From assembly GCA_020347085.1 (NCBI GenBank), contig CP070769.1:2290595-2318376 (forward strand): a DNA stretch of 27,782 nt, written 5' to 3'. Positions 1-7,337 of the stretch are shown here, one piece after another. A model generated the notes under the pieces. The model was given only the letters and a program-made list of their open reading frames with translations. It was not told the DNA's origin and made no database searches. The position numbers were made by a program, and so were the translations under genes. Origin of the DNA: Desulfobacterales bacterium. GTDB lineage: Bacteria; Desulfobacterota; Desulfobacteria; Desulfobacterales; C00003060. How positions within the stretch are numbered: position 1 is the stretch's first letter; the number at the start of each line of letters is the position of its first letter.

Positions 1-11
1 TTTCTTGTCAT
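1..11 (-). CDS. 5' end of a gene that runs off the window (MTRK...)
   Basis: Minus strand reads AAAGGAGA-aacgat-ATG ACA AGA AA: strong SD at normal spacing. Only 3 full codons visible, product unknown. Confidence 0.4.
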
Positions 12-54
12 ATCGTTTCTCCTTTAATAATTTTACAAATCTAAATAGCTGTAA

Positions 55-259
55 AGAGACCTTTGCATAACCCGTTTTCACTTTTGTATGACCTTTTTGA
101 TCTGCCTGAGGCGGACTATGCTCACTAAATCCTAAAAACTCGGCCTAACGGCCTCAATCAGTTTAGGATTTGCCCACTGACGTGGGCCGTTCACTTCGCC
201 CGGATGGGTACCCCAAAAACCTCACGAGGGGCGTTCCAAGGAGTTATGTAAAGGTCTCT
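55..259. mobile_element. MITE-like element 1 (~205 bp, non-autonomous)
   Basis: 17-bp terminal inverted repeats with 1 mismatch: AGAGACCTTTGCATAAC (55-71) / GTTATGTAAAGGTCTCT (243-259). Internal stems AAATCCTAAA (127-136) / TTTAGGATTT (162-171) and GCCCAC/GTGGGC (172-187). No ORF, no clear TSD. Ends recall IS5-family (IS1106-type) GAGACCTTTGCA termini from memory; not checked. Confidence 0.75.
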
Positions 260-503
260 CGTCATGACCTCCTTTTGGCCAAGCCTGTAGTTGATGCCCT
301 CACCGGGGGCGGGGGGGTCCATCCCCCTTTGCCTTAATGTCATAGAATCACCCCCTTTCTATTTGGGTTTTGCCCCGCTCCGTCTTAGACACTTAAATTC
401 CCGTCCGCATTTTTCCCCCAAAAAACGAGTATCTTTCCCAATTGCCTTAACCGAGGATTTCTGGCATAGCACATAGCAAATCCGATGCGGAGGTTGTATC
501 GTC

Positions 504-878
504 ATGAACAGAAAAGAGCGTGTCGAGCGGAGGAAGCATAAACGATACGAAGTCCACAACGATACACTTGTTATTCTCAGGTCCAGCAATACGAGAATCG
601 GCTCAATCACCGATGTGAGTCCGGGTGGCCTTGGGTTTCGTTATATAGGTAGTGAAAAGTCGATTGGTGAATCGGCCCAATTAAGCATATTACCAGCCCA
701 GAACCTCTTTTATTTGTACCACACACCGTGTAAATATGTTTGGGATAGCAAAGCCAGCAAAGACCATTACAGCTCTATAACCATGAGGCGGTGCGGTGTG
801 CAATTTGGGGAGTTGACGCCTGAGCAGATACGTCTAGTGGAATATTTTATTAAGAACTACACGATAGAGGCAGCTTAA
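504..878 (+). CDS. Standalone PilZ-domain protein, likely c-di-GMP receptor (124 aa)
   Basis: RxxxR (RKHKR) and DxSxGG (DVSPGG) motifs, C-terminal RRCGVQF, SD GGAGG. Paralog at 17307. Confidence 0.9.
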   Translation: MNRKERVERRKHKRYEVHNDTLVILRSSNTRIGSITDVSPGGLGFRYIGSEKSIGESAQLSILPAQNLFYLYHTPCKYVWDSKASKDHYSSITMRRCGVQFGELTPEQIRLVEYFIKNYTIEAA

Positions 879-1223
879 GAACTTAGTCTATATTGAATTG
901 TCAGCATGGCAGGGTCAGCAACAGCTCTGCCTTTAACCTGAAAGCCCCGAATCAGGACCCTTCTCAACCTACATGGGAGATTGGTGGCGTCTGGTTTGGG
1001 GTGAAGCCTCGGCAGTTGTGGATTATCCCCCCCAATCATCCCTTTCTGTTTGGGTCTTCTTTGGTAATTTTCCCTTAAAGAAATGGTGTTTTACCCTCAA
1101 AAAATCAGGGTTGCCCTGTATAGATGTTTCGTTAAGCTTCTAATAAAATGAATGAAACAGTCTTGCAAACAACTTCAGCGCATGTACAGAATGCCAAAGG
1201 AGATCTCACAGGGAACATGACCT

Positions 1224-1406
1224 ATGCAGCAATTAGAAGAAGTCATAAAAACAAAGCAAACAACCTGGGCAGTAAAACTACTGATAACATCTGACAAATG
1301 TCCCCAGCGATACATGAACTTAAGACCGCCAGGTAATAAATGGCTTTGCAGGCTCACCACAGAACCCTGCATGGCTCAAAAATGTAGGCTCAAGCCAAAA
1401 AAATGA
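1224..1406 (+). CDS. Putative 60-aa microprotein with four Cys (C-x15-C-x6-C-x4-C)
   Basis: AGGGA 9 nt before ATG, Cys clustered in the C-terminal half. No family recognised. Confidence 0.4.
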   Translation: MQQLEEVIKTKQTTWAVKLLITSDKCPQRYMNLRPPGNKWLCRLTTEPCMAQKCRLKPKK

Positions 1407-1469
1407 CCTCGAGCTTAATCATAAACACACAGTGAAAAGGCTTTGAGTCCAGGAATTGCCTTAATCCAT

Positions 1470-1615
1470 ATAAGGCCATACGGTTCTTCCTACCCCCTCC
1501 TTCTACAGGCCCCAAAAAAGAGAACCTTGTGGCCTTTCTTATTTTGGCTTTTCTCATAGCTTCCCATGCTCCGGTATGAACCCCCTTTCTGTGATTTGGC
1601 ATTTTATGTTTGCAT
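1470..1615. repeat. Non-coding block homologous to 3515-3655
   Basis: Shared anchors ATAAGGCCAT (1470-1479 / 3515-3524), GGTTCT-CCTACC and ATTTGGCATTT (1594-1604 / 3633-3643) at similar spacing (124 vs 118 nt). Confidence 0.6.
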
Positions 1616-1730
1616 CTTGGCTTAATTCCCGCCAAAGGGGTGGGAAACGATGCGTCCTCTGCCCCTCATTCCTCTTCTTATTCATTGTTTCTATACGATA
1701 AGGCGGCCCCCCTGTACGGCTAATTTTCGA

Positions 1731-1791
1731 TTGAATCTCCCGGCAGTCCCGATAAATCGGGACAGGGAATGCGCTCGCTGTTGCAGTTCAA
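1731..1791 (+). repeat. 61-nt hairpin element, copy A
   Basis: TTGAATCTCCCGGCA-GTCCCGAT-AA-ATCGGGAC-AGGGAATGCGCTCGCTGTTGCAGTTCAA; 51/61 identical to 17169-17229. Confidence 0.85.
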
Positions 1792-1891
1792 TCGGCCTTA
1801 CTTTCTGGCCATGCGGGTATTCCTACCTACGAAATACATTGCTTTTTGTCGCAAAATACGGTGTTGACCCCACTTTCCTGAACAAAAAATG

Positions 1892-2031
1892 TGCTTAGTT
1901 TGACATACAGGATGGGCCGTTGGTCAGTTTGGCCCTCAGTCACAATCCTACCTTCCAACCCCCTGGGAACTGCGACCTGGCCAGAAAGGTTCAACCCCCT
2001 TCCTGCCGCTATATCCTCCAGTTCCCAGGGA
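1892..2031 (+). promoter_or_regulatory. Conserved upstream region with long inverted repeat, copy 1
   Basis: Aligns with 18190-18330. GCTATATCCTCCAGTTCCCAGGGA (2008-2031) is identical at 18307-18330. Stem CCCTGGGAACTG (1961-1972) / CAGTTCCCAGGG (2019-2030). Confidence 0.7.
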
Positions 2032-2092
2032 TGCTATTTCGGCGGCTTCAAAGAATTTTGCCGCAGCCAAATATTTGCAAAGGGGGCATGAG

Positions 2093-2335
2093 ATGGAACA
2101 AGCATATAATGGGGGCAAGAAAAAAATCACAGACGGACTGATATTGCCCAAAGACTGCAAATGCTACGAGCCGGGATTCGGGGTTACTTGCAAAGCACAA
2201 GATATTGGACTCCAGTCATATGTTAAGTGTCTGGAGAAAGATCCATACAGTTGCTCGTTCTCTGTGTCTTTTGGTTATTCCCATTACTGTAAATGTCCTG
2301 TTCGTGTCCATATCGCTAAGAAATTCAAGAAGTGA
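2093..2335 (+). CDS. Cys-rich microprotein, paralog 1 (80 aa, C-x12-C-x7-C-x11-C-x-C)
   Basis: ATG at 2093 after AAAGGGGG fits better than the track start at 2075. Clear homology to 2955-3197 and 18392-18629. Confidence 0.85.
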   Translation: MEQAYNGGKKKITDGLILPKDCKCYEPGFGVTCKAQDIGLQSYVKCLEKDPYSCSFSVSFGYSHYCKCPVRVHIAKKFKK

Positions 2336-2411
2336 CCAACGGGATGACCTGTCCTAACAAATGGTTCAGGCGGGTTGTATCCCAATAGGGAAGTCTCGGG
2401 TCGGCGGCGAC

Positions 2412-2515
2412 AAATTTTCTCTCTGCACACAAAAGAAAAAGCCTGAGAAGAGAAAAATGACCCCGATCTGGGATTTTCCTTAGCCCACATCAGGCCACGG
2501 GGTGTACCCTTTCCC
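2412..2515. repeat. Non-coding block homologous to 3440-3540
   Basis: AAATTTTCTCTCTGCACA is identical at 2412-2429 and 3440-3457, followed by CCTGAGA and GGATTT-CC-TAGC-CA-AT-AGGCCA-GGG in both. Confidence 0.7.
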
Positions 2516-2954
2516 CTAAGTCTCGTCATGCTTAAACCGTAACCCACTGAAGCTCATCCTCTTCTTGATATCCTCCGCGCATCCTCTCTCTTTGGCGGGC
2601 CTATCGGTGACCCCTTGCTCGAATGTGATTAAGACCCTCTTTGTGTTCGGGTTTTCATTCGTATTTTTTTGGTGAAAAAACGGTATTTTACCCCTGAGAA
2701 ATTGGTATTGTCCTATATAGCATAAGGTCAAATTCCTGATTAAAATAACTGCAGACACCTTATCCGCTTATAAGGAGTTCCAGAGAAAGATGTTGAACTG
2801 GCCGAGAAATATCCTAGCCGAACCATTGAGGTCAAAAACCCGATTACGGCAATTATCCAGACCGGAAAATGGCTCAAGAATAGAAAGCGTGAAAGAGGGG
2901 GGCGCAGGTGTGAATGGTCTCGGTGCCCATTCACCGTGCCAAAGGGGATCACGG

Positions 2955-3197
2955 ACGGAAGGAGCACATTTGCAGGAAGTAGAAAAAGCCATAAACGGAC
3001 TAAGGATGCCCAAAAATTTTAAATGGTTCAAGCCGGGATTCGGGTTTACCTGTAAAGCAAAAGATATTGGACTCGGATCATTTGCCAAGTGTCTGGAAAC
3101 ACAATCGTACATGTGCCCATTCTCGGTGTCCTTTGACAATTCGTATTACTGTAAATGTTTCCCTCGTGTGTATATCGCTACGGAACTGAAGAAGTGA
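2955..3197 (+). CDS. Cys-rich microprotein, paralog 2 (80 aa), apparent ACG start or mutated start
   Basis: Homology to paralog 1 begins at ACG 2955, after SD AAAGGGGA. Length 243 nt, same as paralog 1, with all five Cys conserved. The track N-terminal extension from 2790 has no counterpart in the paralogs. Confidence 0.75.
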   Translation, partial: TEGAHLQEVEKAINGLRMPKNFKWFKPGFGFTCKAKDIGLGSFAKCLETQSYMCPFSVSFDNSYYCKCFPRVYIATELKK

Positions 3198-3245
3198 CCT
3201 GCGGAATCACCTCCATGTTTACAACTAAGAAAGGAGGTTTTGCCA

Positions 3246-3395
3246 ACGTCACTATACACAACCATCCAAAACATTATTGTGTCATTATCACCACTTGATG
3301 CCATCAATCTCTTGGTAACCGGTTTTGTGATTTTAATTCCTGTTCTTTGTCTCGCCTTTGAGTCCTCCCCCTAGTACGGGTGGTGCTGATAGCTA
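3246..3395 (+). CDS. Putative 49-aa single-TM microprotein with ACG start (not in ORF track)
   Basis: AAGGAGG (3231-3237), 8-nt spacer, ACG, then 48 sense codons to TAG: (M)SLYTTIQNIIVSLSPLDAINLLVTGFVILIPVLCLAFESSPSTGGADS, with one ~20-aa hydrophobic segment. Confidence 0.4.
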
Positions 3396-3439
3396 GGTTG
3401 TTGTTTAGTGCTGAATGCAAGCCTGGGGGCAGTGGAGAA

Positions 3440-3655
3440 AAATTTTCTCTCTGCACATAAAATCGCACCCCTGAGACCAGAATACACGCTTACCCCGGAT
3501 TTCCCATAGCTCAAATAAGGCCATGGGTTCTCCCTACCTCCGTTCCTCGGATACTTGAAAAGAGGGGTTTTGCCTTATTTACTTTGCCCTTTCTTTTTGT
3601 TCCTAATGGTCAGGGATCTCCTCCTTTCCGTCATTTGGCATTTAAGGGTTGCATT
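3440..3655. repeat. Non-coding block; 5' part matches 2412-2515, 3' part matches 1470-1615
   Basis: Same anchor sequences as listed for the partner blocks. Confidence 0.65.
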
Positions 3656-4087
3656 TTGTTTCATTTCCTATTAAACAACTACAAATTGCAAAGGAAGGAA
3701 CCGGAGCGAAAAGCACGCTTTCTTTCGGGATGCCGACACTTCACTGCCCCCACGAGGAAGCGCTTCCAGCTTCAGGCACCCACTTCCGGCCCCTTTTTTG
3801 CTCACGCTTTATTCCCCATACGCATACTTTCTCACTGAAATACCGGCTTCTGTATGGCCTGTTTTGGTTAAAACCGTTACCCGCATGGTATATAACCTCA
3901 AGAAGTACCAAAAGAAGGCTGACAAACAGCCCTTATCGGCTTCGCCAACAGCATTCTACTGAATTTTCCTCCGTATTTTATCCGGTGGCAAAATAGTATT
4001 GTTTTTGAAACAACTTGTGGTAAATAGGAGGCATTCCAGAATCACCCGCTCACCCATAGCCAAGAGGATACTATGAGCCCAATATGC

Positions 4088-4125
4088 AAACCCCATTTCT
4101 CATAGATAGGTGGGGTTTCCTGTTT
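4088..4125 (+). terminator. Possible intrinsic terminator or attenuator hairpin
   Basis: AAACCCCA (4088-4095) / TGGGGTTT (4111-4118), followed by CCTGTTT. The U-tract is imperfect. Confidence 0.35.
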
Positions 4126-4319
4126 GAAGAGACCGTATCAGAAAAATGATTGAAAAGCCCAAGAACAAAGAATGAAACGCTGTTTTCCTTGAGTAAGTAC
4201 TCCACCCACCTCAGCATGATGTGGCAGGAGAGCAATTTCGTGAAGAGATAATATCACGATGAACAGAGACTCCCCTGCGCAAATAAAAAGTTAGCTGTGA
4301 TACCAGAGCAAACGTAGCT

Positions 4320-4850
4320 ATGAAATACATTGTCGTTAACGAAAACAATTTAACTGTGGATGTCGTCGATGATTATCCTGAATCAGGATTTTTTGTCCCC
4401 ACTGAACTTAAGCCACTCCATCGAAAATTGTCTCCTCTGGAGAGGATGGTCTACTATGACTTTTTGTATCCGGCCAGATATGAAGAGGATAAAATTAAGT
4501 ACCCCGGACTGAAGCAGAAACGAATACATATAAAGTACAAACTCATCGAACCACCTCCTTGGATGATCGCCATGGCCTATATAATGTGGGAAGGCATCAT
4601 GCAAGGTCTCACCTGGGATGCTGTTAAGCCAATGGTTTGGTCAGCTATGGCTAAGCTGGCTTCGTTTGGAGTGGCTCCCGGAAGAGAGAAAGCCGAGGTG
4701 AAGACCCATGTCAGCTTCCCCTGGGCGAGATACGGCACTGACGAAAAGAAACAACGTGACATGTTCATAGGGCTTAAGAGAATCTATATGAAAATGTCAG
4801 AGCATCGGCGACGAGGTGTTGCTAACTCTGTCATTGCGGAGAATTCGTGA
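4320..4850 (+). CDS. Hypothetical protein (176 aa), no recognised family
   Basis: Longest ORF of the region, protein-like composition, one amphipathic/hydrophobic helix (WMIAMAYIMWEGIMQGLTWDAVK). No clear SD, so the start is uncertain. Confidence 0.65.
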   Translation: MKYIVVNENNLTVDVVDDYPESGFFVPTELKPLHRKLSPLERMVYYDFLYPARYEEDKIKYPGLKQKRIHIKYKLIEPPPWMIAMAYIMWEGIMQGLTWDAVKPMVWSAMAKLASFGVAPGREKAEVKTHVSFPWARYGTDEKKQRDMFIGLKRIYMKMSEHRRRGVANSVIAENS

Positions 4851-4853
4851 TTA

Positions 4854-5099
4854 GAGCTGGTTTCAAAACCCTTTAACGAGTCCATTTTGACCATTTTGGC
4901 TAAAAGTCCTTAGCGAGGCGAAGCGCAAAAATTGGAACTGTTTGAGGGCGTTAGCCGAGTTTAGCGCAGAGTTGCACCTGACGGCTTGACACAAAGTGAA
5001 GCTTCCGCCAAAAGAGGCACTTTGTGCCCAATTTTAGCAGAGTGAGTTTAGGACTCTCCAAAATGGTCAAACAAGCGAGAAAACGGGTTTTGAAACCAC
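4854..5099. mobile_element. MITE-like element 2 (~245 bp)
   Basis: Perfect 14-bp IR TGGTTTCAAAACCC (4858-4871) / GGGTTTTGAAACCA (5085-5098), plus subterminal 14-bp IR TTTGACCATTTTGG (4886-4899) / CCAAAATGGTCAAA (5058-5071). Possible TTA duplication (4851-4853 / 5100-5102). Exact ends uncertain. Confidence 0.75.
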
Positions 5100-5163
5100 T
5101 TATAAAAAATGAAGGGAGTATGTTCGTAACTCCCGTTCCTGAGACACAGAAGAAAAAATAGAG

Positions 5164-5655
5164 ATGGGCAAACGACCATTTGTTGTTCTCATGGCCGAGG
5201 ACAATGAGCACGACATTATAGCTACCAAACGGGCGTGGAAGAAGCATCGCATCGCCAACCCGCTCTACGTTGTCAATGACGGTGAAGAGTGCTTAGACTT
5301 CCTCCACGGGCAAGGAAAGTATAGCGATCTTGAGGCCGCCCCGTGGCCTGGCATTCTTCTACTAGATATCAATATGCCTAAGATGGATGGCTTGAAAGTT
5401 CTGAAGCATATCAGAGAGCAAACTGAGGATAAGGATTTGCGCCGCTTGCCTGTCATCATCCTCACCATATCAAGAGCTGAAGAGGATCGATTCAAAAGCT
5501 ACGATATCGGGGCCAACGCCTTCATCGTGAAACCAGTTGGCTTCGAGAACTTCTGTGAAGCAGTGAGGACCATCAATGCTTTCTGGCAATTGGTGGAACT
5601 TCCCAGATCGGGTGATGGTTTCATCCATACTGTAATACATGCTCCATCGAAGTAA
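5164..5655 (+). CDS. Single-domain response regulator (CheY-like, Rcp1-type)
   Basis: AEDN acidic pocket, ILLDINMPKMDG phospho-Asp motif, conserved Thr (ILTIS) and KP. Confidence 0.92.
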   Translation: MGKRPFVVLMAEDNEHDIIATKRAWKKHRIANPLYVVNDGEECLDFLHGQGKYSDLEAAPWPGILLLDINMPKMDGLKVLKHIREQTEDKDLRRLPVIILTISRAEEDRFKSYDIGANAFIVKPVGFENFCEAVRTINAFWQLVELPRSGDGFIHTVIHAPSK

Positions 5656-5810
5656 TCCCTGATATTTGCTTGATCATAGCTTGAATGGACAGGGCTAACG
5701 GACAAACTTGGTTTGGTCATTTAGATCTCAATTCCGACCGAGGCTACAACCGCCGCTCATGATTCAGGGTGACATAGCGTAGAGGACGCCCGACAACCCT
5801 TGCTTCCCAA

Positions 5811-7250
5811 TTATGTGATTTCAATAACCCGCAACAAGTTCGTGCCTCCAGGGACACCCACTGGAACACCTGCTGTAACGATCAAATAATCTCCTGGCTT
5901 AGCAAGGCCTTGACCCACAGCCCATGACGCAGCCAAGGCAAACATCTCTTCCGTGTTGGAAAAGGATGCTACCGAGGCCGGGATTACCCCCCAAGACAGG
6001 GTCAGCTGGCGTTCCGTTTCCAGATTCGGCGTCAACCCAACGATAGGACATGACGGCCTGAATCTAGCAACCAAACGAGCCGTACTCCCAGACGTTGTGC
6101 CCGCCATAATCGCAGCTGCCCGAAGATCTTCGGCCATTTGGCAGGCAGCCCGACTGATCGACGATTCCGTCATAGGCAACAGATTGGAGAGGGGTTCGCT
6201 AATGTACAAACGTCGATCCAGATGGGCTTCGGTTGCTTTGGCGATCCTATCCAATATGCGCACGGCTTCAACGGGATAGTTCCCCATGGCTGTTTCCTCG
6301 GACAGCATGAGGCCGTCCGTGCCGTCCAAGATCGCATTTGCCACATCAGTGGCTTCCGCGCGGGTTGGACGTGGACTGCTGACCATTGACCGAAGCATCT
6401 GCGTTGCTGTGATTACGGGTTTACCGGATTGGCGAGCAATTTGAATAATCTTCTTCTGAATTATGGGCACCTCTTCCAGTGGCGTTTCAACACCTAGATC
6501 GCCCCGGGCAACCATAAGACCATCCACTTGTGCCAGAATGGCCTCCAATCTGCTGATCGCCTGGGCTTTTTCTATCTTAGCAATCAACAAAGGAGGACAG
6601 GCAGCCTCACTCAAAACGTTTTGAACAGGGTCTATATCCCCCTCATGGCGAACAAAGGAAAGGGCCACAAAATCGACCTTTTCTTCCAGTCCAACCGCCA
6701 GGTCGCCTCGATCCTTCTCTGTAAAGGCAGGTACGCTCAAGCTGCTGGATGGCAAGTTAATTCCCTTGTACGATTGAACCGTGCCACCGACCAACACCCG
6801 GCAAACCACCTTGTCCACTGCTTTCTCTTCCACTTCGAGTTCCACCAGCCCGTCTGCCAGCAGAATGCGTTCACCGGTATTCACATCGTCAACAATATAC
6901 GGGTAATTGACAGGAAGCGCTGATGGGTCAGACTCATCGTTGGGGCTGAGGACAATCCTTTCACCTGCCTCCAGCCTCTTTTCTTCAACCGCGAGTTTAT
7001 CCAGGCGAATCTTTGGGCCTCCAAGATCCTGAAGTATTCCCACCTGTTTGCCCAGTTCCTGGGATATTCGCCTGATGGTCCGGATGGTCTCTCGGTGACT
7101 GTCGCGGTCTCCATGGGAGAAATTGAGTCGAGCCACATCCATTCCCCCAAGAGCGAGTCTTCTGATTTGCGCTTCTGAGGAAGTAGCCGGTCCAATGGTG
7201 CACACGATCTTCGTTCTTCGAAGTCCAGCGCGTCGCTTTAAGTCTACCAT
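5811..7250 (-). CDS. pyk: Pyruvate kinase
   Basis: RRTKIVCTIGPA, ARLNFSHG, DLGGPKIR, IAKIE, MVARGDLGVE, ATQML, RAEATDVANA, GTDGLMLSEETA. Confidence 0.97.
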   Translation of the reverse strand: MVDLKRRAGLRRTKIVCTIGPATSSEAQIRRLALGGMDVARLNFSHGDRDSHRETIRTIRRISQELGKQVGILQDLGGPKIRLDKLAVEEKRLEAGERIVLSPNDESDPSALPVNYPYIVDDVNTGERILLADGLVELEVEEKAVDKVVCRVLVGGTVQSYKGINLPSSSLSVPAFTEKDRGDLAVGLEEKVDFVALSFVRHEGDIDPVQNVLSEAACPPLLIAKIEKAQAISRLEAILAQVDGLMVARGDLGVETPLEEVPIIQKKIIQIARQSGKPVITATQMLRSMVSSPRPTRAEATDVANAILDGTDGLMLSEETAMGNYPVEAVRILDRIAKATEAHLDRRLYISEPLSNLLPMTESSISRAACQMAEDLRAAAIMAGTTSGSTARLVARFRPSCPIVGLTPNLETERQLTLSWGVIPASVASFSNTEEMFALAASWAVGQGLAKPGDYLIVTAGVPVGVPGGTNLLRVIEIT

Positions 7251-7337
7251 GCCTTCCTCCTGAATTCTTCAGAGAAGATATTCTCTTGCCTGCACGCTAC
7301 CACCGAGGACCTATATCTATTCTTGTAGACTTTTCTG

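Noticed and set aside
462-477. sigma54-like TGGCATAGCACATAGC upstream of the first PilZ gene
   Set aside because: Spacing is GG-N11-GC and sigma54 needs N10. It may be a degenerate site, since the paralog has a good one, but it is not supportable.
1650-1898. 82-aa ORF with an SD-like AAAGGGG
   Set aside because: Its central NRDRECARCCSSI is simply the translation of repeat copy A; the same peptide appears at the false mscS N-terminus. No other support.
2790-2954. N-terminal extension of the 135-aa track ORF
   Set aside because: No counterpart in the two paralogs; homology and SD point to 2955.
1597-3653. sigma54-like TGGCA...TTGCA at 1597-1614 and 3636-3653
   Set aside because: Both have GG-N12-GC. 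Recorded only as part of the duplicated block.
3686-3740. Possible decayed PilZ gene (RKEPERKARFL resembling KERVERRKHRRFL)
   Set aside because: Similarity covers only ~12 residues, with no start codon and no downstream DxSxGG or CGVQF motif. Likely chance.
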